Positions 25,362 through 32,000 of a DNA stretch of 32,000 nucleotides are shown piece after piece (position 1 is the stretch's first letter; the number at the start of each line of letters is the position of its first letter). The notes beneath the pieces were generated by a model. It saw only the letters and a list, made by a program, of their open reading frames with translations. It was not told the origin of the DNA and did no database searches. The position numbers were made by a program, and so were the translations under genes. The stretch is from Delftia acidovorans NBRC 14950 (GTDB lineage Bacteria; Pseudomonadota; Gammaproteobacteria; Burkholderiales; Burkholderiaceae_C), in contig NZ_BCZP01000017.1 of assembly GCF_001598795.1 (NCBI RefSeq), forward strand, positions 106,217 through 138,216, in the 5' to 3' direction.

Positions 25362-26843
25362 ATGTCCCTGACCGAACCGGCAGCCCCGGCCCCTGCGGGC
25401 CTGGCTGCCCTTGAAGAACGCCTGCGCGACGACCTCGTCGCCCTGGGCTGGCCTGCCAAGGCCTGGATTCCTCCCTCCACCCGCGACGGCCAGCCCGTGC
25501 ACGATGTCCTGGTCATCGGCGCCGGCCAGGCCGGCCTGGCCCTGTCGGCCGCGCTGTCCCAGCTGGGCATCGCGGCCGTTTTGCTGGACAAGGCCCCGCT
25601 GGACTTCGAAGGCCCCTGGGCCACGACGGCGCGCATGGAAACCCTGCGCTCGCCCAAGGAGCTGACCGGCCCCGCGCTGGGCCTGCCCTCGCTGACCTTC
25701 CGCGCCTGGTTCATCGCCCAATGGGGCCGCGAAGTCTGGGCCGCGCTGGACAAGATCCCGCGCCTGCAGTGGATGGACTACCTGCGCTGGTACCGCCGCG
25801 TGATGCGCTGCGACGTGCGCAACGGCCACCAGGTCACCGCCATCCGCCCGCAGGCCGACGGCACGGTCGAGGTCGATGTGACGGCCGATGGCGCCTCGCG
25901 CACCTGGCTGGCGCGCCGCGTGGTGCTGGCCACGGGCCGCGACGGCCTGGGCGGCCCGCAGATCCCCGCCTTCATGCAGGGCGTGGACCGCAGCCGCTGG
26001 GCGCACTCCTCCGACGTGCTCGACTACAGCCGCCTGGCCGGCCTGCACGTGGGCGTGGTGGGCGCGGGCTCCTCGGCCATGGACAGCGCAGCCACCGCGC
26101 TGGAGAACGGCGCCGCCAGCGTGGACCTGCTGGTGCGCCGCAGCGACCTGCCACGCATCAACAAATCCAAGGGCTCGGGCACGCCCGGCCTCACGCACGG
26201 CCAGTTCCTGCTGCCCGACGCCTGGAAATGGCGCATACGCCACTACATCAACGTGCAGCAGGTGCCACCTCCGCACGGCAGCACGCTGCGCGTCTCGCGC
26301 CATGCCAACGCCCACTTCAACCTGGGCTGCGCCGTGCAGAAGGTGGAGCAGGACGGAGACCGGCTGCGCGTGGACACGCCGCGCGGCGTGTTCGTGCTGG
26401 ACTTCCTGATCGTCTCCACCGGCTTTGCCATCGACTGGCGCCAGCGCCCCGAATTCGCCGACCTGGCGCCCCATGTGCGCATCTGGAGCGACCGCTTCGC
26501 GCCCGAGGCGGGTGCCGAGGACCAGGAACTGTCGGACTCGCCCGACCTGGGCCCGCTGTTCGAGTTCCAGGAAAAGACGCCCGGCGCCCTGCCCGGCCTG
26601 GACCATGTGCACTGCTTTTGCTATCCGGCCGCGCTGTCGCACGGCACGGTGTCGGGTGATATCCCCGCCATCAGCGACGGCGCGCGCAAGCTGGCCCAGG
26701 GCCTGGCCTCGCTGTTCTACCGCGAGGACCTGGAACACCACTACGCCCAGCTGCAGTCCTATTCCGAGCCCGAGCTCGACGGCAGCGAATGGACGCCCGC
26801 CGACCCCGAAGCCCGCGTGCGGGCCCTGGCAGACAAGACCTGA
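25362..26843 (+). CDS. FAD/NAD(P)-binding oxidoreductase (flavin monooxygenase-like, two dinucleotide-binding motifs)
   Basis: ORF 25362..26843, 493 aa. First GxGxxG is VLVIGAGQAGLALSAAL; second is VGVVGAGSSAMDSAATAL. ATGRDG lies between them. Confidence 0.8.
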   Translation: MSLTEPAAPAPAGLAALEERLRDDLVALGWPAKAWIPPSTRDGQPVHDVLVIGAGQAGLALSAALSQLGIAAVLLDKAPLDFEGPWATTARMETLRSPKELTGPALGLPSLTFRAWFIAQWGREVWAALDKIPRLQWMDYLRWYRRVMRCDVRNGHQVTAIRPQADGTVEVDVTADGASRTWLARRVVLATGRDGLGGPQIPAFMQGVDRSRWAHSSDVLDYSRLAGLHVGVVGAGSSAMDSAATALENGAASVDLLVRRSDLPRINKSKGSGTPGLTHGQFLLPDAWKWRIRHYINVQQVPPPHGSTLRVSRHANAHFNLGCAVQKVEQDGDRLRVDTPRGVFVLDFLIVSTGFAIDWRQRPEFADLAPHVRIWSDRFAPEAGAEDQELSDSPDLGPLFEFQEKTPGALPGLDHVHCFCYPAALSHGTVSGDIPAISDGARKLAQGLASLFYREDLEHHYAQLQSYSEPELDGSEWTPADPEARVRALADKT

Positions 26844-26850
26844 GATACCC

Positions 26851-28011
26851 ATGACCACCGCCAACGACACCATCGACCGCCTGGCCGGCCTGACCGACCA
26901 GTCCCCCGTTTTCGCCACGCGCCGCCAGCGCGACAAGGTGGCCATCGCCACCCAGGCCTGCGAGGACCTGCTGCTGGGCGACGGCCTGGCCGACAGCCTG
27001 TCCCGCGCCGAGCGCCTGGTGCTGGCCAGCGAGCAATGCCGCGTCAGCGGCGTGCAGGCCCTGGCCGATGAATACCGCCAGCGTGCCGAGTCCCTGGGCG
27101 ATGCCCTGACGCCCGCGCTGCGCACCGTGCTGGCCCAGCCCGGCGCCCAGACCGGCAATGCGCGCCTGGATGCGGCCCTGCACTTCGTGCGCACCCTGGC
27201 CCTGCACCCCGCCGAAAGCGACCGCGCGGCCCTGCTGGCCATGCCCGAGTCCGGGCTGTCCATCGACGACACCGTGCTGGTGGCCCAGCTGGTGGGCTTC
27301 ATCGCCTACCAATTGCGCCTGTTCGCGGGCGTGCAGGCCATGGACGCGCTGGGCGGCCAGGCCAGCGCACCGGCTGCCGAAGCCGCCGCCGCACCCTTCG
27401 TGCACCCCGCCAACCTGCCGCCACCGGGCGAGCCGCTGCGCCGCAACGGCTACACCAGCGAAACGCTGGACTGGACGTCATGGCTGCCCGTGCTCGACCC
27501 CGCCACGGCCACGGCCGAGCAGCAAGCCGTGCTGGACCTGAGCCACCCCAAGGCGCGCACGTCGGACTTCTACCTGCTGCTGGCCCGCCAGCCACGCGTG
27601 CTGTCGGAGCGCTCGCAGGCCTTCAACGCCATCATGTACGCACCCGGCGGCCTGTCGCGCGCCGAGCGCGAGGTGGCGGCCACGGCCGTCTCGCGCTCCA
27701 ACGGCTGCGTGTACTGCGCATCGGTCCACGCCCAGCGCTTCGAGCAGTTGGCCAAGCGCAACGATGTCATGGCCCAGATGTTCGATGACCCCGACACGGC
27801 CGGCACCAATGCGCGCGAACGCGCCATCATCCAGTCCTCGCTGGCGCTGACGCGCGCGCCGGGCAGCTTTGGCGCCGCCCAGTTGCAGCCGCTGCGCGAT
27901 GCCGGCCTCACCGACCAGGAAATCCTGGACATGCTGCATTCGGCCGCGCTGTTCGGCTGGGCGAACCGGTTGATGCTCAATCTCGGGAAGGAGAGGTACA
28001 TCACCCCCTGA
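26851..28011 (+). CDS. Two-domain CMD/AhpD-fold protein (CMD domain + peroxidase-related enzyme domain with CxxC)
   Basis: In-frame ATG 26851 within ORF 26425..28011; 386 aa. The N-terminal half (DTIDRLAGLTDQSPVFATRRQR ... VAQLVGFIAYQLRLFAGVQAM) resembles CMD-domain proteins. The C-terminal half carries GLSRAEREVAATAVSRSNGCVYCASVHAQRF and AALFGWANRLMLNLG, typical of AhpD-like peroxidase-related enzymes. Confidence 0.8.
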   Translation: MTTANDTIDRLAGLTDQSPVFATRRQRDKVAIATQACEDLLLGDGLADSLSRAERLVLASEQCRVSGVQALADEYRQRAESLGDALTPALRTVLAQPGAQTGNARLDAALHFVRTLALHPAESDRAALLAMPESGLSIDDTVLVAQLVGFIAYQLRLFAGVQAMDALGGQASAPAAEAAAAPFVHPANLPPPGEPLRRNGYTSETLDWTSWLPVLDPATATAEQQAVLDLSHPKARTSDFYLLLARQPRVLSERSQAFNAIMYAPGGLSRAEREVAATAVSRSNGCVYCASVHAQRFEQLAKRNDVMAQMFDDPDTAGTNARERAIIQSSLALTRAPGSFGAAQLQPLRDAGLTDQEILDMLHSAALFGWANRLMLNLGKERYITP

Positions 28012-28100
28012 GGCGCTTACGCGCCTTCCCCCTCTCTACCCGCTTCGCGGGGGAGGGGGACGACACCCTCGCGGCGGGGCGGCCCTCGCTCGGTGTCCCT
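28011..28100. terminator. Cluster of three GC-rich stem-loops in the convergent gap (bidirectional terminator and/or REP-like element)
   Basis: First hairpin: AGGCGC-ttac-GCGCCT (28011-28026). Second: TCCCCCTC...CCCGC-ttc-GCGGG...GAGGGGGA (28027-28060). Third, imperfect: GGGAC.GACACC ... GGTGTCCC (about 28057-28100). No clean U-tract. Confidence 0.4.
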
Positions 28101-28154
28101 GACTTGGGGCCGCGCCAGTTTCATGCGCTGTGCATTAAGACGCGGCGCTTCACC

Positions 28155-30773
28155 TCAGTACACATCCCTGCGGTAACGGCCTTCGACGATCAGATCTTCG
28201 ACGGCGGTAGCGCCCAGGATGTCGGCCAGCGCGGCATCGACGCCTGCGGCCATGCCGTCGGCGCTGCCGCAGACGTAGAGCACGGCGCCGTCGGCGATCC
28301 AGTCGCGCAGGGGGTCGGCGGCTTCGCGCAGGGCGTCCTGCACGTAGCGGCGCCGGGCCTGGTCGCGGGAGTAGATGAAGTCGGCGCGCTGCAGCTTGCC
28401 CGCGGCCAGCCAGCCGGAGACCTCGGCCTCGCAGTACCCGTCATGGGCCTGCTGGCGTTCGCCGAACAGCAGCCAGTTGCGGTGGCGGCCTGCGTGCATG
28501 CGCGCCAGCAGGTGGCCGCGCAGGCCGGCATAGCCGGAGCCGTTGCCGATGAAGATGGCCGGAGCATCGGGCTCGGCATCTGCCTCGTCGCGCGGCTCGA
28601 AGGCGCGGTTTTCCACCAGTCTCATGGCCACGGATGTGCCTTGGGCCGCATGCGCCGTCAGCCAGCCCGACGCCACGCCCAGGCCGCCGTCATGGCGGGC
28701 CTGGCGCACCAGCAGCCGCACATGGCCGTCCTGCGGCAGCGAGGCGACCGAGTAGCTGCGCGGCAGCAGGGGCCGCAGCGCATCGGCCACGGCCTGGGGC
28801 GCGGTGCCGGGGGCGATGTCGCCCGGGGCCGGCAGCACGCTGGCGGCCAGCGCCTCACCCAGCGTGCAGCTCTGCTGGCGCCATTGCACGGGGGCCGAAA
28901 CGTCACATTCCTGGGCGGCCAGCCAGGCCTGCACGGTGGCTGCGCCATGGCGTGGCAGCACCTCGGCCAGCGCACCGGCCCGCCACAGCGGGGCCACGCC
29001 TTCGGGCGGCGACAGTTCCAGCACGTAGAGACCGGCGCCCTGGCTGCCCGCATTGCACAGGCTGCGCGCCTGCAGCGGCCATGCGGCAAAGGCCGTGGCA
29101 TCGGCCAGCGGGCCTGCAGCAGACGCAGGCAGCGCATCCGATGCAGGCGGCATGGCCCCGAAATGCCCTGCCAGCGCCTGCTGCCAGGCATTCCAGGCCT
29201 GGGGTTGCTCGCCATCCATCTCGATCAGCGGAAACACGGGCTGTGCGCCCAGGCGGCGCAGCTGGTGGTCCAGCGCATGGCCAAAGCCGCAGAAGGCCGC
29301 GTACTGCCGGTCGCCCAGCGCCAGCAGGCCGTATTGCAGGTGCGGCAGGGCCGAGCCCGATGCCGCGCCCAGCAGGCGCGCAAAGCGGCGCGCGGCGTCA
29401 GGCGGGTCGCCTTCGCCAAAGGTGCTGGCCACGAAGAGCACGCGCCGGTGGTGGCGCAGTTGCTCGGCATCCAGCGCCGCCACGGATTGCAGGCTGGCCG
29501 CCATGCCTGCGCCGCGCAGCGCGGCCACGGTGGCCACGGCCAGGCGCTCGGCGCGGCCGGCCTGGCTGGCAAAGGCGACCAGCACGGTGTCCTGGCCCGC
29601 AAGGGCGGACGGTGGCGGGTCCGCCATCAGCGCCTGGCGCTCCTTGGCCAGGGCGCGCGCCTTGCGCCGGCGGTCCAGGTAGAGCATCCAGCCCGTGATG
29701 GCGAACAGGGGCATGATCAGCGAGGCCAGCGTCATGAAGATGCGCCCCGGCATGCCGAAATAAGTGCCCATGTGCAGCGGGTAGATGGCGCCCACGGCGC
29801 GGCGGCCCGTGGGCAGGTCGGCATAGCGCTCGTCGCGCTGCACGGCGCCGTCGGGCAGCAGGGCCATCTGGTTGCGCGCGCGCTCATGGGCGGCATCGGC
29901 ATCCAGCCAGCTGATCTGCAGGGGCTGGCCCGCGCGCTCGGGCAGGCGCAGCTGGGCGAACTGCCAGCCATGGGCGATGCGCTCGAAGGCGGCCCAGCCG
30001 GGCACGATGTCGATGGGCTGCTGCGCGCCAGCCGGCTCAGGCCGGCCGCCACCGGGTTTCGAGGACGGCGCCGCGGCAGCGGCCACGCGCGGCGGCACGC
30101 CGGCCCAGCCGTCCACCGTGCTGCGCACCACGCCAAAGGCCCAGTACATGCCGGTGCAGGTGAACACCACATAGGCCACCAGGGCCCAGGTGCCCGCCAC
30201 CGAGTGCAGGCCCCAGAGGAAGGAGCGGCCCTTGAGCGCCGGATCGAAGGTCAGCCAGGTGCGCCAAGACAGCGGCCGGCGCGGCCAGCGCAGGTACAGG
30301 CCCGACAGCGACAGCATCAGCAGCAGGCCGGCCAGCGTGCCCGTGATGGGCTTGCCGTCATCGCGCGACAGCAGCAGCCAGCGGTGCAGGCGCTCCACCC
30401 ATTCGAAAAACTCCGTGCCGTGCTGCTCAGGCAGCTGCGCGCCCGTGTAGGGATCGACAAAGACCGTCTGGCCCCGGCGCTGGCCGGCCGGCGGCTTGAA
30501 GGCTACCTGGGCCGAGCGGCCGGGCTCGGCAAAGACGGTGATGCGCTGGACCACGCGCTGCTCACCGGCCTCGCGCAGCGCCTGCGCAACCTGCGGCGGC
30601 GCCAGCGGCGCGGCATCACGCGCGGGCACGGAGGCAGTGCCGGGATTCATCCATCCCAGGATTTCCTCGTGGAACGAGAACACCGCGCCCGACAGCCCGA
30701 TGACGATGAGCACCGTACCGGCCGTAATGCCGACGAACCAGTGCAACTGGAACCAGATTTTCTTGAAAGTCAT
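28155..30773 (-). CDS. PepSY-associated TM protein fused to a CysJ-like flavodoxin/FAD/NADPH reductase (putative trans-membrane ferric/siderophore reductase)
   Basis: ORF 28155..30824 (-); start taken at ATG 30773 (MTFKKIWFQLHWFVGITAG...; alternatives ATG 30812, TTG 30824). Four TM helices are each preceded by a conserved-looking His (LHWF, LHRW, LHSV, LHMG). Then an FMN domain (VLVAFASQAGRAERLA ... VASTFGEGDPPD ... LALGDRQY), the FAD motif RSYSVAS, the NADPH motif IFIGNGSGYAGLRG, and the C-terminal YVCGSADGMAAGV ... GRYRRDVY. Confidence 0.85.
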   Translation of the reverse strand: MTFKKIWFQLHWFVGITAGTVLIVIGLSGAVFSFHEEILGWMNPGTASVPARDAAPLAPPQVAQALREAGEQRVVQRITVFAEPGRSAQVAFKPPAGQRRGQTVFVDPYTGAQLPEQHGTEFFEWVERLHRWLLLSRDDGKPITGTLAGLLLMLSLSGLYLRWPRRPLSWRTWLTFDPALKGRSFLWGLHSVAGTWALVAYVVFTCTGMYWAFGVVRSTVDGWAGVPPRVAAAAAPSSKPGGGRPEPAGAQQPIDIVPGWAAFERIAHGWQFAQLRLPERAGQPLQISWLDADAAHERARNQMALLPDGAVQRDERYADLPTGRRAVGAIYPLHMGTYFGMPGRIFMTLASLIMPLFAITGWMLYLDRRRKARALAKERQALMADPPPSALAGQDTVLVAFASQAGRAERLAVATVAALRGAGMAASLQSVAALDAEQLRHHRRVLFVASTFGEGDPPDAARRFARLLGAASGSALPHLQYGLLALGDRQYAAFCGFGHALDHQLRRLGAQPVFPLIEMDGEQPQAWNAWQQALAGHFGAMPPASDALPASAAGPLADATAFAAWPLQARSLCNAGSQGAGLYVLELSPPEGVAPLWRAGALAEVLPRHGAATVQAWLAAQECDVSAPVQWRQQSCTLGEALAASVLPAPGDIAPGTAPQAVADALRPLLPRSYSVASLPQDGHVRLLVRQARHDGGLGVASGWLTAHAAQGTSVAMRLVENRAFEPRDEADAEPDAPAIFIGNGSGYAGLRGHLLARMHAGRHRNWLLFGERQQAHDGYCEAEVSGWLAAGKLQRADFIYSRDQARRRYVQDALREAADPLRDWIADGAVLYVCGSADGMAAGVDAALADILGATAVEDLIVEGRYRRDVY

Positions 30774-30945
30774 GGGGAGCAGGCGAGCAGGCGACGTCGG
30801 TCGGAAATCCATTGCGGTGCGCAACGGAACATCAGGACAGAACGGTGCATGGAAGGCAGGCGGGCAGAGATGAAAGTGCGCGGCACCTGTGCATCGGCCC
30901 CGGGCGGCGTTGGCCGGGACTTGTCGACGGAAGGCGCCAATCAGC

Positions 30946-30971
30946 GAGAAATTCTAAATTGTTCTCATTTA
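30946..30971. promoter_or_regulatory. AT-rich dyad GAGAA-N11-TTCTC, weakly Fur-box-like, upstream of the PepSY-reductase gene
   Basis: This is the only AT-rich patch in the 30825-31060 intergenic region. Arms lie at 30946-30950 and 30962-30966. The minus-strand reading GTAAATGAGAACAATTTAG matches about 11 of 19 positions of the classical Fur consensus GATAATGATAATCATTATC by my hand alignment. Confidence 0.25.
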
Positions 30972-31061
30972 CGGCGTGTTGCACGCGCGATAGGCCCGCA
31001 AGGCGGCCTGGGGTTCGGGCAGGCTTGAGCAGACGGGATGCCGCGCCTGTGCCCAATGGAA

Positions 31062-31092
31062 ATCGCCTGCCGAAACAGGTTCGGCAGGCGAT
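31062..31092 (-). terminator. Strong stem-loop terminator downstream of the IPTL-CTERM protein gene
   Basis: Perfect 13-bp inverted repeat ATCGCCTGCCGAA / TTCGGCAGGCGAT (31062-31074 / 31080-31092) with a 5-nt loop, 26 nt after the stop at 31118. On the minus strand it is followed by TTCCATT. Confidence 0.65.
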
Positions 31093-31117
31093 GGTTCAGC
31101 TCCTCTTCAACCGTGTG

Positions 31118-32000
31118 TCAACCGCGTCTGCGGCGCAGATTCCACAGGCCTGCAGCCAGCATCAGCAGCATGGCCATGGCGAGCATGCGCGGTTCGAGCG
31201 CAGGGATCGGCTTGGCATCCGGTTCCGGTGCCGTCCGCGCACGCGCCGGGCCGCTGGGATCCACGATCACGCCATTGGCTGCGCGATCGTCATCACCCTG
31301 ACCGCCATCGGTGACCACCACCGAGGTCGTATTGCCCGACACCACCGCACCCGGAGGCTGATACCAGGAGTCCGCCGCCCCAGCGGACGCTGGACCGAAC
31401 TTCCAGTACGCCATGCCGGTCACCGGCCCCGGCCAGGTGACGCTGACCGTGATCGAGCTGCTGGCCGTACAGCCGCGGGCCACAAAGTGCACATTGCCGT
31501 ACGGGAAGCTCAGTTGGCCCGGCGCACCCCCCGGAGCCGCAACGAAGGACGACTGCGACACATCGAACCCGCAGCCCGCGCCACCACCGCTCAAGGTCGC
31601 CGTGGCATTGCCTGCCCCGGTGGCTGTCGGACCCGTGAAGGTCGTTCCGAGCACGTTAAGCGAAGTCGTTGTGGCAGGTCCGGTGTTGCCATTGCCAGGA
31701 TTGGTCTGGGTCGCGCTGATCGTGTGCAGACCCGGCGTCGGCAAGCCGCCGCCTGGCGTGCAGCTCCACGTCTGATCGGCCGCGACGATTGCCGTACACA
31801 GCGTCGTCGAGCCATCCTTCACCGTGATCGTGTAGCCCGGCGTGCCGGTGCCGGAAATCTGCGGATAGCCTCCCACCGTGGTCGGCGAAACCGTCAGCGT
31901 CGGAGCCACCGGCACCTGCGTGCTGGGAGTGACCGGCGTTGCTGGTGTCGATGCACAGTTCACAGTGCAACCTGCCGTCGGATTGACCGGGCTGATGCCA
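31118..32000 (-). CDS. Surface/secreted protein with Ig-like repeat(s) and an IPTL-CTERM-type C-terminal sorting signal; 5' end beyond the window
   Basis: ORF track 31118..31963 (-), but the frame stays open to position 32000 (GISPVNPTAGCT precedes the listed start). The Ig-like block is ISGTGTPGYTITVKDGSTTLCTAIVAADQTWSCTP...GLHTISATQTNPGNGNTG. The C-terminus is VVTDGGQGDDDRAANGVIVDPSGP ... IPALEPRMLAMAMLLMLAAGLWNLRRRRG, i.e. an IP(T/A)L motif, a TM helix and an Arg cluster. Confidence 0.75.
   Translation of the reverse strand, partial: GISPVNPTAGCTVNCASTPATPVTPSTQVPVAPTLTVSPTTVGGYPQISGTGTPGYTITVKDGSTTLCTAIVAADQTWSCTPGGGLPTPGLHTISATQTNPGNGNTGPATTTSLNVLGTTFTGPTATGAGNATATLSGGGAGCGFDVSQSSFVAAPGGAPGQLSFPYGNVHFVARGCTASSSITVSVTWPGPVTGMAYWKFGPASAGAADSWYQPPGAVVSGNTTSVVVTDGGQGDDDRAANGVIVDPSGPARARTAPEPDAKPIPALEPRMLAMAMLLMLAAGLWNLRRRRG

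Noticed and set aside
25362-26843. Calling the flavoprotein a siderophore-type lysine/ornithine N-hydroxylase
   Set aside because: Only the generic two-Rossmann pattern is visible, and no NRPS or siderophore synthetase genes are nearby. The evidence is insufficient for that specific call.
28104-31028. 974-aa plus-strand ORF, and likewise 20340..22385 (+) at 681 aa
   Set aside because: Both are antisense shadows of strongly supported minus-strand genes (the PepSY-reductase and MFS::PlsC). They are homopolymer-like Ala/Gly/Arg/Gln runs with no motifs.

Overview
GC-rich, gene-dense chromosomal segment that reads as beta-proteobacterial (Burkholderiales/Comamonadaceae-like). That placement is an inference from two Bug/TctC-family binding proteins, the Rep, Tgt and OMPLA sequences, and strong GC3 codon bias. 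I call 30 protein-coding genes (2 cut by the window edges), 2 convincing intrinsic terminators and a few candidate operator sites. I recognised no rRNA, tRNA, CRISPR array, transposase, integrase or phage gene. Housekeeping anchors are rep (2248-4317), pldA (4912-6132) and tgt (7387-8559). Most interesting content, in my order: (i) a four-gene, functionally unassigned envelope cluster at 15398-18407 (YiaAB-like membrane protein, small secreted Ala/Val/Ser/Gly-rich protein, DUF2145-like secreted protein, coiled-coil membrane protein with four cytoplasmic CxxC knuckles); (ii) a conservon-like small-GTPase module at 1-1966 (possible DUF742-like wHTH protein, Ras-like GTPase, two Roadblock/LC7 paralogues, ATGA-coupled), cut by the window edge; (iii) a PepSY-TM::flavodoxin-FAD-NADPH reductase fusion at 28155-30773, which looks like a self-sufficient trans-membrane reductase, with an AT-rich dyad upstream; (iv) a tandem pair of membrane GGDEF proteins, one active-looking (GGEEF) and one degenerate (RDDTF) that keeps the RxxD I-site; (v) a ceramidase-like protein plus LplT::PlsC fusion operon, divergent from an XRE regulator whose ATG abuts a 19-bp near-perfect palindrome; (vi) an IPTL-CTERM-type surface protein at the right edge. 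All functional calls rest on by-eye motif recognition and the supplied ORF track. No database search was run.
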